From positions 2,981 through 66,980 of the forward strand of contig PLXE01000112.1 in NCBI GenBank assembly GCA_003151335.1: a stretch of DNA of 64,000 nucleotides, in the 5' to 3' direction. Position 1 is the stretch's first letter. Each line of letters opens with the position of its first letter. Source of the DNA: Acidobacteriaceae bacterium. Lineage in GTDB: Bacteria > Acidobacteriota > Terriglobia > Terriglobales > Acidobacteriaceae. The notes beneath the pieces were generated by a model. The model had not been told where the DNA came from. It saw only the letters and a list, made by a program, of their open reading frames with translations, and did no database searches. Positions 47,137 through 57,581 of the stretch are shown here, piece by piece. The position numbers and the translations under genes are program-made.

Positions 47137-49455
47137 CTAACGGCCCTTCACCACACTCTTGCTGATCCCCACATTCTCGAAGCGATCGTACACGCGAATC
47201 ACCAAGGTGTGCTCCTCGATGCCGTCACTGACGCGCTTGTCCACATCCATCTTGCTCTCGCTTGCACTCTCTGGCCGAATCGGCACGTTGAAATCATAGT
47301 TCTCAACCTTGTAGTCGGAGATCTTCCCCACCGGGTCGACGGTTTGCCAGTCGCCCGCATCCAGCGAGTACTCGGCGCGGCTGATGGGCGAAAAACTATC
47401 CACCGCGCGGAACGTCACGTGTAGCTTATCTCCTTCGACGTTGGTGTTCAGCGACTCAATGTGAGGCGGAGTGTTGTCCACCTCGAAGCGTGGGCTGGTG
47501 CTCTCGCCCGTCAAGGTGTCCTCGGGTGAGTGCGAAGGCGCATCCGAAGCGACCACGCAAATGGTGTAGCCGCCGTCGGGGAAGAGGTCGGAGTCGAGGT
47601 TGACGAACCGGTCCTCAATCCCATCGCGCAGCAGTTTCCACCGGTCCTCGCCGTCGCCGCGATAGTAAACGCTGTAAAGCAGCGAGTCGTCATTTTCGTC
47701 CTGCGCCCTCCACTTCACTGCAATGGAATGCTTGTCGCGGACCATGGGGATGGGAGGCGTATAGGGGTTCGGCGCGGAACTCTCCGGCTCGGCGTGCGTG
47801 CCCGCCGGGACTCGCGAGCCGACAACGACCGTAACGTCGTTCACCTCGGGGGCGACATTCTTGGGCAGATAATTAAGGGTTACGCTCTCGATGGCCGTCG
47901 TTGGTTTACCGGGATGCAGCACCGCCTTCCACTGAATGAAGCGTGCTGCCGGCGCATCCACCGGAAGGTCTTTCTGCAGATTGACCTGTTTCCACAAGCT
48001 CCAGTTGCGGTCGGGATTGTCCACGTTGCCACTGCGCGCGAAAACATCGAACCTGCCGCTGCCGCGAACTTCCACCCGTCCCCACTGGGAAAAGTTTTTC
48101 GCGTCGAAGACATCGCTCTCGTAGGTGCCTTCTGCCATCGGGTTGGGACCGAGGAGAAAAATCTTTCCCAGATTGCTGGTGGCCGCGTACAGTCCGCCGT
48201 TGGGCGCGCGCGCGAAGGCGGTCACCTGGTTGGCGCTGGCCTGGACCAGGTCGGTGTATTGATTACCGCTAATGATGAAAATCTTGCCGCGGTTCCCCGT
48301 GCCCGCGAGCAAGCGTCCCGCCTGATCGAAGGCGAGCGCATAGACCAGGTCCTCATGCGACGTCCACAGCGTCTTCGGTGAACCGTCCGGTCCAATTCGA
48401 TACACCTCGGACCCGCCAACGTTGGTCACGTTGGGGTAGGGAATCGCCGTGAACGTGGGAGTGGAAGCGCCAGGGGTCGCCGAACTACCTAGCGCGCCCA
48501 GCGCGGTGGCGCTTCCACCGCTAGGCGGCGCGGGGGACGCAGGAACGCTGGTCACCGGTGCCAGCGCCGGTGTTGCACCCCGTTTCCCGCCAGCCCCGGC
48601 TGCATAGATGCCGCCGTGCCCATCGACAGCGAGAGCGGTGATCTCCTTCTTGGGGGCGCTGTACAGCACGAAGCCTTCGCCTTGCGGGGTGATGCGATAG
48701 ATCAGCCCGCTGCCGTCGGTCCCGGCGATCAGGTTGCCGGAGTTGTCGAAATCGAGAGCGCGGATTTGCGCCTCATCGCTCTGGAAGAACAGCGCGCCGT
48801 TGCCGTCGCGATCCACCCGGAAGATCTCGCCGCGATCGCCCGTGCCGACGTACAGTTGCCCCTGGTGGTCGAGTGCCAGCGCCCAAATGTATTTCGTCCT
48901 GGGATTGAAGAAAACGCTGGCGGTGTAAGTGGAATCGACAGCCACCGAAGTCCGCGCAGATTCGCCTGTAGGACTTGGCTTGCCACCTTCCTGCGCTGCG
49001 GCCACTTCCGCCGTAGTGTGCGATCCTTCGGGACTCATCCCCGGAGCCGGGCCGCCGTGGACGATCTTGTACACCTTGCCGTCGGGCGAGGTGGCCGCGT
49101 AGATGGCGCCGCTGGGGTCCACCACCAGCGCCTGCACCTGCAACTCTTGCGGAGCAAAAATGATGCTGGCCTTGCCGGCAGGCGTCAGCTTATAGACGCG
49201 CGCCGGCGATCCCGCAGCGGCATAGGCATTGCCCAGCGCGTCGGCAGCGAGTCCCCAAAGATAGGAGGACGGCGAAGTGTAAAGCGGGCTGAAGGCAGGC
49301 GCGAGCGTAAGCGTTCCATCGCTGCTGATGGCGACGCCGTGGCTGGTGCCTTTTTCGAATTCGTCGTACTTAGTCTGTTCCCAGGTGCGCGTCCCTTGTG
49401 CCCAACACGTCGCGGCAAGCAACGGGCAGAAGAGCGCCAGTCGAAGCACTTTCAT
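47137..49455 (-). CDS. large secreted beta-propeller-like repeat protein, function unknown
   Basis: ATG at 49455 gives a signal peptide, MKVLRLALFCPLLAATCWAQ. G-x-(I/L)Y-A-(A/G)-T/G...G-K-(V/I)-(Y/F) units recur. The C-terminal region is Ig/FN3-like. Confidence 0.55.
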   Translation of the reverse strand: MKVLRLALFCPLLAATCWAQGTRTWEQTKYDEFEKGTSHGVAISSDGTLTLAPAFSPLYTSPSSYLWGLAADALGNAYAAAGSPARVYKLTPAGKASIIFAPQELQVQALVVDPSGAIYAATSPDGKVYKIVHGGPAPGMSPEGSHTTAEVAAAQEGGKPSPTGESARTSVAVDSTYTASVFFNPRTKYIWALALDHQGQLYVGTGDRGEIFRVDRDGNGALFFQSDEAQIRALDFDNSGNLIAGTDGSGLIYRITPQGEGFVLYSAPKKEITALAVDGHGGIYAAGAGGKRGATPALAPVTSVPASPAPPSGGSATALGALGSSATPGASTPTFTAIPYPNVTNVGGSEVYRIGPDGSPKTLWTSHEDLVYALAFDQAGRLLAGTGNRGKIFIISGNQYTDLVQASANQVTAFARAPNGGLYAATSNLGKIFLLGPNPMAEGTYESDVFDAKNFSQWGRVEVRGSGRFDVFARSGNVDNPDRNWSLWKQVNLQKDLPVDAPAARFIQWKAVLHPGKPTTAIESVTLNYLPKNVAPEVNDVTVVVGSRVPAGTHAEPESSAPNPYTPPIPMVRDKHSIAVKWRAQDENDDSLLYSVYYRGDGEDRWKLLRDGIEDRFVNLDSDLFPDGGYTICVVASDAPSHSPEDTLTGESTSPRFEVDNTPPHIESLNTNVEGDKLHVTFRAVDSFSPISRAEYSLDAGDWQTVDPVGKISDYKVENYDFNVPIRPESASESKMDVDKRVSDGIEEHTLVIRVYDRFENVGISKSVVKGR

Positions 49456-49800
49456 CACGAATCCTGATTGGCCGATTGGCAGGAATACGAAAAGCGTAAC
49501 ACAGGCGGGCCGGGCGGACCGTGCGAAGTCCGAGCGCAAACCATTGCCTCAGGTCCTCGACCCTACCAGACACAGAATGCTACCCGTTTATTTCCCACCC
49601 CGACCTGGCCCGGCTGTCACGGCGAACGGTGATTTGAAACACTGCGCCACCTCAGGACTGGGTGGTACATATTCATTGAAGTTAGTGGCGTGCCTCGCCA
49701 GGAGCCATTCCTGGCAACGGCGCACTCGGGAAGGGGCCGCGGAGCGCGTCGCCATGGGCAGAATGCGATAAGCGCAGTTCTATCGGGAAGGAGGTTCTCG

Positions 49801-50598
49801 ATGAACAGGAAGATATTTGCACTGGTGGTGCTTCTAGTTTTCTGCGGTCAAGCCCTATGCCAAACCGGCGTCAAGAAGAAAAGGCCGCTTCCCTACGAAT
49901 ACGGCCGGGTCGTTATCGACAACTACTCCGATAAGGCGGACCTGGCGCCCGTTGTCTTCGAGCATTGGATCCACCGTTCCAAGTTCACCTGCAGGGTCTG
50001 TCACGTGGACGTCGGTTTTGCGATGAAGGCCGGAGCTACGGGGATCACGGCCGCAGACAACGAGCGAGGCTATTACTGCGGCAGCTGTCATAACGGGAAG
50101 AGGATGGTTGACGGGAAAACCGTCTTCCAATCCTGCTCCAAGAAGGTGACCGACGAGGACGCGCAGAGGTGCCAGCGTTGCCACTCCTATGGACAGAAGG
50201 TCGCGTCCGATTACGACTTCTTCCGATTCAGTGAACCGCTTCCCAAAGAACGCTTCGGGAACGGGCTGGATTGGGAAAAATCAGAGGAGTTGGGACTCAT
50301 CAAGCCGGCAAAGTTCCTCGAGGGCGTCTCCATACAAAGGAACTCGCTCGTCGTGCAGAAGGATTTCGCGCTCAACCCGAAGGTTGAGGGAATGCCTAAC
50401 ATCATCTTCTCCCACAAGAAACATACTGTCTGGAATGGATGCGAGCTTTGTCACCCAGAGATATTCATGGGCGTGAAAAGGGGAACCGTGCGGTACTCGA
50501 TGGTGGACATATCCCAAGGGAAGTCCTGTGGCGTGTGCCATACCACGGTGGCGTTTCCTTTGACGGATTGCCAGCGCTGCCATTCCAAACCGGTATAA
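49801..50598 (+). CDS. periplasmic hexaheme c-type cytochrome (two c7-type triheme halves)
   Basis: It has a signal peptide, MNRKIFALVVLLVFCGQALC. There are six CXXCH motifs (CRVCH, CGSCH, CQRCH, CELCH, CGVCH, CQRCH). F-x-H-x-x-H precedes the first heme of each half, as in cytochrome c7. Confidence 0.85.
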   Translation: MNRKIFALVVLLVFCGQALCQTGVKKKRPLPYEYGRVVIDNYSDKADLAPVVFEHWIHRSKFTCRVCHVDVGFAMKAGATGITAADNERGYYCGSCHNGKRMVDGKTVFQSCSKKVTDEDAQRCQRCHSYGQKVASDYDFFRFSEPLPKERFGNGLDWEKSEELGLIKPAKFLEGVSIQRNSLVVQKDFALNPKVEGMPNIIFSHKKHTVWNGCELCHPEIFMGVKRGTVRYSMVDISQGKSCGVCHTTVAFPLTDCQRCHSKPV

Positions 50599-50620
50599 CC
50601 CCGGCCGGGCGGAGGCGTCC

Positions 50621-50959
50621 ATGTTCAAGGCGAAGATTGTCGTGGTACTGGTGATGTTCATGGGGCTCGTCGGCCTGTGTGGCCTGCGGGAGATCGGCGG
50701 GTCCCCTCCGTCTGCTTCGCAAGCGGACCCAGCGCGGGAGTCTTGGCGGAAGGAGTTCGATGACGTTTGCTCAAAGACCCAGGACGCCATGACCTTCTCG
50801 CAGGAGGAACTCAGGGACCTGATTCGCAGGTGCGACGCCCTGCTGCCGCAGATTGAAAAGCTCGACGAATCGCGGAAAAAGGTCTACCTGGGACGATTAC
50901 AGAAGTGTCGAGGCCTTTATGCCTACGTACTTGATGCGAAAAAGAACGAGAAGAAATGA
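50621..50959 (+). CDS. hypothetical membrane-anchored helical protein
   Basis: 112 aa. GGAGG lies upstream. An N-terminal hydrophobic helix is followed by a charged helical region with three Cys. It overlaps the next gene by 26 nt. Confidence 0.5.
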   Translation: MFKAKIVVVLVMFMGLVGLCGLREIGGSPPSASQADPARESWRKEFDDVCSKTQDAMTFSQEELRDLIRRCDALLPQIEKLDESRKKVYLGRLQKCRGLYAYVLDAKKNEKK

Positions 50960-51755
50960 GCGCGGGTTTCTCCTGCTGGTGCTGGCCTGCGGAATCTTGC
51001 TTCTGGGAAATATCGCGTTAGCCCAAATGTATTTGCCCGAACCTCCACCGGAACCGTCGGAGTATGGCAAGGTGATTCTTGACAACCACTCCAAGGCTGG
51101 CCCCGGCGCCGTGGTATTTGATCATTGGCTTCACCGTTCCAAATTCACCTGCCGGCTCTGCCATGTAGATATCGGCTTTGCCATGCAGGCGAACGCCACC
51201 GGCATCAATGCGAGCACGAACCGCGAGGGTTTCCATTGCGGCGCCTGCCATGATGGTAAGAGGGTGTTGGAGGGAAAAACCATCTTCGCGGCGTGCTCCG
51301 ATGCCGCCAACGACAAGCAGTGTGACCGCTGCCATTCCCTGGGCAAGAAGGGCGTAAGAAAATATGAGTACAACAAATTTACTGCGAAATTCCCGAAGAG
51401 CTTTTACGGTGTGAATTGGGAAGAGGCGGAGAGATCTGGCGTCATCCAACCCATCGATTTTGTAGAGGGTTTATCCGTCAAAACGCCGAAGATGCAGAAC
51501 AGGAAAGATTTTTCTATCGCAGCAGGTTACTCGTGGGTCCACCCCATTGGCTTCTCTCACGAGAAGCATTCTATCTGGAACGGCTGTGAACTCTGCCACC
51601 CCGAAATATTCCCGGCTGGCAACCGAGGCACGATCCGCCACACCATGTATTCTAATGTCGAAGGCCAATACTGCGGTGCCTGCCATGGAAAGGTGGCTTT
51701 CCCGCTCAACAACTGCCAAAGATGTCACCCAAAAGGCCCCGTCTGGGCTCCATGA
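50934..51755 (+). CDS. periplasmic hexaheme c-type cytochrome, paralogue of 49801..50598
   Basis: It has a signal peptide. The six CXXCH motifs (CRLCH, CGACH, CDRCH, CELCH, CGACH, CQRCH) are collinear with the paralogue. NGCELCHPEIF is identical in both. Confidence 0.85.
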   Translation: MRKRTRRNERGFLLLVLACGILLLGNIALAQMYLPEPPPEPSEYGKVILDNHSKAGPGAVVFDHWLHRSKFTCRLCHVDIGFAMQANATGINASTNREGFHCGACHDGKRVLEGKTIFAACSDAANDKQCDRCHSLGKKGVRKYEYNKFTAKFPKSFYGVNWEEAERSGVIQPIDFVEGLSVKTPKMQNRKDFSIAAGYSWVHPIGFSHEKHSIWNGCELCHPEIFPAGNRGTIRHTMYSNVEGQYCGACHGKVAFPLNNCQRCHPKGPVWAP

Positions 51756-51774
51756 ATGGGCATCGGAATTGGGA

Positions 51775-51811
51775 ATTAGTGCTAACGGCTAACTGCTAAC
51801 TGCTAACTGCC
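51775..51811. repeat. heptamer-phased repeat tract
   Basis: Sequence is attagt gctaacg gctaact gctaact gctaact gcc. It lies between convergent genes. Confidence 0.65.
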
Positions 51812-53599
51812 CTACTTGATCGTCAGGGTGATGATCTGCGATCCCGTCACCACGTAGTCCACCGGAGTGGACGCTTCATCCACGGCGGACTCGCCCACGA
51901 CAATCATGTCCTGCGTACCGCGCATGCCATCCATCACGTTCATTACCGACAGCGGCAACGTCGGCATCACCTTGTCGTCCACCATGGCTTGCGGGCTGGC
52001 CTCCAGCAGGGAGACGTAAAGCTCAGAGTTGGTGTGCTCTTTGTTGAGCAGTGCAATGGTGGAGCCCAGATCGAGCCGCCGGCTCATGGCTCCCGACACG
52101 CGGCGCATCTTATCGAGAGTGTCGCCGTCGCTCACCAGAATGCGCAGTGTTCCCCTGGGCGTGGAGGTAGGAATCTTCACTGGGATCTGGCGAAGAATGC
52201 TCTCTCCGCGATACGGCCGCAGCAGCGTCTCGATGGTTATCTCATCGCCGGGACGAGCTTCGGTGATGTCCGTGCGGGCGGTTTCCAGCCGCGCCGAACG
52301 GCGGTCAGGAACGAGATCGAAGTTCAATTCCACGCCTTCGATCTTTGGAGTTGCGTAAGGATTCTCGAAGATGCGGCTGAAGTGCTCGCCGATGGAAAGC
52401 GCGATGCTATAAGCCGTCGGCGTAGAGCCATCCAGCGGAGCGTACATGTTCTGCACACGCAACTTGGGATAGCCGAGAACGTCGATGTCGCCCCGCAAAC
52501 GATAGGTGGTATCTTCGCCGTACTCGTTCATGCCCTGGATGGCATTGAACACTGTGGCCATCATTGCGGCCGGCGTGACCTTGGCATTGTTCAGCACTTC
52601 GTAATGAAACTGCTTGGGATGGGAGACCCCGTTGAAGGTGAGCGTCACGGGAATCATGTGCGGCTCGCGATCGAAGCGCCCCATGAGGCCCGCACGGCGG
52701 TCCTGCATGAACGCGCCGACCGGCTCCGTCGCGTTAACAATCTTGAAGGAGTTCTGCGCCGAAGGCAGAGTGGCCAGCACCGTCGCTTTGGTCATCGGCA
52801 TGTTAACGCTGCCCGACTGTAACAACGGATGGCCGCATGCCAGCAGGTGGGTGTCGTCAAGATACGTGACGGTGCAAGTGCCGGCGATGTTCATATCGCC
52901 GCGTACCAGGATCGCGCTGACCGCCGAGCCTGGAACCAGCGGTTCCGGTTGCTTGTCGTTGCTGACCGAACCCGCCCCCATGACCGGGACAACACCGACC
53001 GAGGCAAAATCCTTGGAGAAGAGCCGCAGCGTGTTTTCGCTGAATCCGGTGAAGACCAGCGGAGTCTCGATGGGCTTCAGCAGGTTTGCGTAGCCTGGGT
53101 CCTGCTGGTTCGGAGATGTGGCCAAGCCGGGTCCAGAAGTTCGCGCTGTCGCCTGCCTGTCTCCGGCAAGCGCTCGCGCCTCTTCCGGCGCTGGCGTCTT
53201 GTCCATGGCATCGATTTCCAGCATGGAGCCGGCCGGAGTGATACCGGCAATCGGCTCTTTGGAAAACTCGCCAATGCGATAAGCGATGGCGCCGATGAGT
53301 TTGCCGTCAATGTAAACCGGGCTGCCGCTCATGCCCGCGACCACGCCGAAGTACTCAACTTTCTTGCCATGCAGCCGCGCCAGGATGACGTCGGATTTCG
53401 GACCGGCCATATTGCGCAGCACCCCGAGGATCTCGACCTCCATCGGTTCCGGAGTGACGCCTTCGAAGACGGTATAGGCCACGCCATGCATGCCGGTCTT
53501 GACCTGGTCCTCAGGCATGATTTGGACTTTTGGCTTTTCGGCCGCGAAACCGGCCAGAGATATGAAGCTGAGCAGTGCGAACGAGACGGCGTTGCGCAA
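51812..53599 (-). CDS. SpoIVB-type peptidase S55 domain protein, exported
   Basis: GVVAGMSGSPVYIDGKLIGAIAY resembles the SpoIVB serine motif. The likely start is TTG 53599 after GAGGA (or GTG 53611), giving the signal peptide RNAVSFALLSFISLAGFAAE. The ORF is open to 53821. Confidence 0.6.
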   Translation of the reverse strand: MRNAVSFALLSFISLAGFAAEKPKVQIMPEDQVKTGMHGVAYTVFEGVTPEPMEVEILGVLRNMAGPKSDVILARLHGKKVEYFGVVAGMSGSPVYIDGKLIGAIAYRIGEFSKEPIAGITPAGSMLEIDAMDKTPAPEEARALAGDRQATARTSGPGLATSPNQQDPGYANLLKPIETPLVFTGFSENTLRLFSKDFASVGVVPVMGAGSVSNDKQPEPLVPGSAVSAILVRGDMNIAGTCTVTYLDDTHLLACGHPLLQSGSVNMPMTKATVLATLPSAQNSFKIVNATEPVGAFMQDRRAGLMGRFDREPHMIPVTLTFNGVSHPKQFHYEVLNNAKVTPAAMMATVFNAIQGMNEYGEDTTYRLRGDIDVLGYPKLRVQNMYAPLDGSTPTAYSIALSIGEHFSRIFENPYATPKIEGVELNFDLVPDRRSARLETARTDITEARPGDEITIETLLRPYRGESILRQIPVKIPTSTPRGTLRILVSDGDTLDKMRRVSGAMSRRLDLGSTIALLNKEHTNSELYVSLLEASPQAMVDDKVMPTLPLSVMNVMDGMRGTQDMIVVGESAVDEASTPVDYVVTGSQIITLTIK

Positions 53600-53866
53600 A
53601 ATGTTCCTCACCTTACTTAAGCCGCGGTGCGGCTTTGCCACGAAGATCGGCCATTCCCAAAGCCCCCTAGGGGGAGCCACGACGATTTGACTGCGGCAGT
53701 GCCCCAACGTCAGTTCGCGAGCACTTTTCTGCGCGCCGCAGAGAGTCAAAGATGCTGAATTTGCATTTATACTAGCAGACAGTCCGTCCCACGAGGCACC
53801 CTGATGTGTTCTGAGAAACACCTTACTTGTTCCGGTATTTCACCCGTTACGCTTAGCTCCGTGAAA

Positions 53867-55045
53867 ATGGCGGTCCTCGCCTTGGGGTTGAGCTTGTTTT
53901 GCTTTGCCGTACCGGCGCAGGCCCAATCCTCCAGCAGCACCGATTCTGGGACGCAAACGCAATCGCAGCCGACTAAGAGCCAGCAAGAGCAGATGCCTGC
54001 CGAAGCGGGAGGCCCAGCGGGCGAATCCGGCTCCGTTGCGGTGCCTAAGAAGAAGGGCACGGAAGACGCGCCTCCACCCCCCAAGCCGAAACAGCCCACC
54101 GACAATCCGCAATACTCGTTGCACGTCGACGTTCCGGTGGTAAGCGTGGATGCACGCGTGTTGCAGAAGGACGGGCGTCCCCTGGCATTGCCGGAACAGG
54201 CCGCCAAGGAGCACTTCAAGATTTACGAAAATGGGGTTCCGCAGCAAATCCAGAACGTCACCATGTCCAAGGCGCCCATCACCGCGGTCCTGCTGGTGGA
54301 ATTCGCATCCACCAATTACAACTTCATGTATGACGCGCTGAATGCCTCGTACATGTTTGCCTCGAGCCTGCAACCCCAGGACTGGGTCGCCATCGAGGAA
54401 TTCGACATGAAGACGCATATCCTGCTGGACTTCACGCAGGACAAACAAGCGGTCTTCGGTGTGCTCAACCGGCTGCGCATTCCCGGGTTTAGTGAGACCA
54501 ACATCTTCGACGCCATGTATGACACGCTGGACCGCCTGGACCGTATCCCCGGCCACAAGGAGTTGGTGGTGGTCGCCAGCGGTCGCGATACCTTCAGCAG
54601 GATCACCCTCGACACCATTCTCAAGAAGATCAAGGTCACGCCCAACGTGACCATCTATACCATCTGTACCGGTGAAGCTTTCCTGGAGCGGGTGGACGCA
54701 GTAGCTGGCGCAAATCCCAACATGTCTCCGCTGATGATGGAGTACGTCCAGGCCAAGAACCAGATGAACGTCTTCGCCAGGATGACGGGCGGCCGCAGCT
54801 ATGCTCCGCGGCTGATGGGCGAATTGCCGGACATTTTCCGCGAAGTGGCCCAGGCGATCCGTAATCAATACACCATCACGTATAAGCCCACCAACACCAA
54901 GCAAGACGGCACCTATCGCAAGTTGAAGGTTGAACTGGTGGGGCCGGATGGCAAGCCGCTCATCATCAAGGACGAAAAGAACCATGACATCAAGTATCAG
55001 ATCGTGGCCCGCGAGGGTTACACCGCCAAGCACGAGGTGGAATAG
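53867..55045 (+). CDS. VWA-domain protein of the acidobacterial VWFA-related type
   Basis: It has a signal peptide, MAVLALGLSLFCFAVPAQA, followed by a low-complexity linker. The VWA core is TAVLLVEFASTN...ETNIFDAMYDTLDRL...ELVVVASGRDTFS...TIYTI. Confidence 0.8.
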   Translation: MAVLALGLSLFCFAVPAQAQSSSSTDSGTQTQSQPTKSQQEQMPAEAGGPAGESGSVAVPKKKGTEDAPPPPKPKQPTDNPQYSLHVDVPVVSVDARVLQKDGRPLALPEQAAKEHFKIYENGVPQQIQNVTMSKAPITAVLLVEFASTNYNFMYDALNASYMFASSLQPQDWVAIEEFDMKTHILLDFTQDKQAVFGVLNRLRIPGFSETNIFDAMYDTLDRLDRIPGHKELVVVASGRDTFSRITLDTILKKIKVTPNVTIYTICTGEAFLERVDAVAGANPNMSPLMMEYVQAKNQMNVFARMTGGRSYAPRLMGELPDIFREVAQAIRNQYTITYKPTNTKQDGTYRKLKVELVGPDGKPLIIKDEKNHDIKYQIVAREGYTAKHEVE

Positions 55046-55143
55046 GTTCAAACGCCTTCCGCCGTCGTGCTACCCTCTTGCTTTGTTCCCCGTCTAGAGT
55101 GAGGGCCTGCGTTCCTAGGCAGATGCCCTGTGGAGCCCTGTGA

Positions 55144-57219
55144 ATGAGATCCGCCCAGAAATTTCTTAGTCCCGCCCTTAAACTTGTTGGAATTATCGTC
55201 CTCGGCCTTCTCGCCGCCGACGCGCAGGATGCGCCGAAACCAGAGATTCACGGCATTGATGTCGCCAACATGGACCGCTCGGTCAAGCCGGGCGATAACT
55301 TCCATCTGTACTGCAACGGCGACTGGATCAAGCGCACCGAGATTCCCCCCGACCGCTCGCGGCTAAGCGTCTTTGCAACCCTTGCCGACGTGAGCGACAC
55401 GCGCACCGCCGCCCTGGTTGAAGAGGCGGCCAAGAATGGCGGGCCTGCCGGCTCTAGCGCGCGCAAAATCGCCGTTCTCTACAGCTCTTACATGGACGAG
55501 GGCGTCATCGAGGCCAAAGGTCTCGCGCCGCTCCATCCTCATCTCAAAGCCATCGCTGCCATTAGAAACAAGAAAGAGTTGGCGGCCGTGCTAGGGGAAA
55601 CGCTGCGCGCTGATGTTGACGCGCTGAATAACACCAACTTCCATACTCCGCATCTGTTTGGATTGTGGGTCGCCCCCGGCTTCAACGATTCCGATCATTA
55701 CGCCGCTTACCTCCTGCAAGGCGGCCTGCAACTGCCGGACCGCGAGTATTACCTTTCCAACAGCGAGCAGATGCGTGACATCCGCACCAAGTATCAGGCG
55801 CACGTCTCAGCCATGCTCAAGCTGGCGGGATTCACGGATACGGACGCCCGGGCCGAGCGCATTGTCGCGTTGGAGCACGCCATCGCGGAAAAACATCTCA
55901 CCCTCGCGGAAAATGATGACATCCACCAGGCCAACAACACCTGGAAGCGGGCAGACTTCGTGGCCAAAGCTCCGGGCCTCGACTGGGCCGAATACTTTCG
56001 CGGCGCCGGCCTCAGCAAGCAAGCCAGCTTCATCGTTTGGCAGCCTACCGCCTTTGCCGGCGAGTCTGCTCTGGTGGCCTCCACTCCGCTGGACACGTGG
56101 AAGGATTGGCTCGCCTATCACATGATCGAAGAGTACGGCGATGTACTACCGAAAGCCTTGGCTGACGAGCGTTTCGCCTTCTTTGGTAATGTGCTGCAAG
56201 GATCGCCGGAACAGCGTCCGCGCTGGCAGCGCGGTGTGGTGATCGTCAATCGGTACCTCGGCGACGACGTCGGGAAGATCTATGCGTAGCGCTACTTCTC
56301 TCCCGAAGCCAAGGCCCAGGCGCAGGCCATGGTGGCCAACATCATTGCCGCTTTCCGCAAGCGAATTGAGGCGCTTCCGTGGATGGCGGCATCCACCAAA
56401 GCCGAAGCTCAAGCCAAGCTGAACACTCTGTACGTCGGCGTCGGCTACCCGGAGACCTGGATCGACTACTCAGCCTACGAGGTGAGGCCGGATGACATCT
56501 TCGGCAACGTCTGGCGCGGTAATGTTTTTAAGTATCACCACGAGGTCGCGCGCCTGGGCGCAGCGATTGACCGCAAGGAATGGTCCATGACGCCGCAGAC
56601 GGTCAACGCGGTAAATCTGCCGCTGCAGAACGCTTTGAACTTCCCAGCTGCAATTCTGCAACCTCCATTCTTTGACCCGCAGGCACCCGCGGCGGTCAAC
56701 TATGGCGCCATCGGCTCGGTCATCGGCCACGAAATCAGCCATACCTTCGATTCGGAGGGGGCCGCGTTCGACTCCAAGGGTCGGGTGCGCAACTGGTGGA
56801 CGCCCGCCGATCTCGCCCATTTTGAAGCGGCCACCGCCAAACTCGCCGCGCAGTATGACACCTATAAGCCGTTTCCCGATCTTTCCCTCAATGGCAAGCA
56901 GACGCTGGCTGAGAACATCGCCGACGTCGCCGGCATCTCGGCTTCGTATGACGGCTACCGCGCGTCACTCGCAGGCAAGGAAGCGCCGGCGCAAGATGGT
57001 TTCTCCGGCGACCAGCAATTCTTCATCGCCTTCGGTCAGGACTATAGGGCAAAGTCGCGGGACGCTGCGCTGCGCCAGCAGGTGGCGGTTGACTCGCACT
57101 CGCCCGCCGAGTTCCGGGCAGATACGGTTCGCAATATCGACGCCTGGTACGCGGCTTTCGATGTCAAGGCGGGAGAAACGCTGTACCTGGCTCCGTCGGA
57201 ACGCGTGCGGATTTGGTAA
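55144..57219 (+). pseudogene. M13-family metallopeptidase (PepO/neprilysin-like) interrupted by a single in-frame TAG
   Basis: The N-terminal M13 region (55144-56286) and the C-terminal catalytic region (HEISHTFD, ENIADVAG, ends RVRIW) are in the same frame. They are separated only by TAG at 56287-56289 (GKIYA*RYFSPEAKAQ). Confidence 0.8.
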
Positions 57220-57581
57220 TGGATGAAGGACGGTCAGAGTTTGCATGACAACTCGTTCTGAGTTGGCGCGTTGGGGTGATTGCGCAAAATTCAGCCCCGC
57301 AGGGGCGAATAATGCCAGTCCAGGGCGTGACCGGGGCGGTGAACTCCTGGGCAAAATGGAAAGGATTAACGATTTTTTTTGGACATCACAGTTCCCACGC
57401 ATCCTCTAGGGGTCTTAAATCCTCTAAAAGTCTTATCAGGAAGCGGGTTGAGGATTACGTATATGGGATTGCTTGTATAATGTATGGCGTTTTCGATTCA
57501 AGAAGGAAATCTCGGGTAACGCTGTGGGTATTGGCTGGTCAGCCTGTTGACCATCCTGCGAAAAGTTTGTCAGGAGCAAGG

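Noticed and set aside
50934-51030. Twin-arginine (Tat) signal on the second hexaheme cytochrome (RTRRNERGF)
   Set aside because: It does not fit the S/T-R-R-x-F-L-K spacing. Also, c-type cytochromes are exported unfolded via Sec before heme attachment.
56287-56289. The in-frame TAG read as pyrrolysine or programmed recoding
   Set aside because: There are no pyl genes or recoding signals in the window, and the lineage is not known for amber recoding. A nonsense mutation or a sequence error is far more likely.
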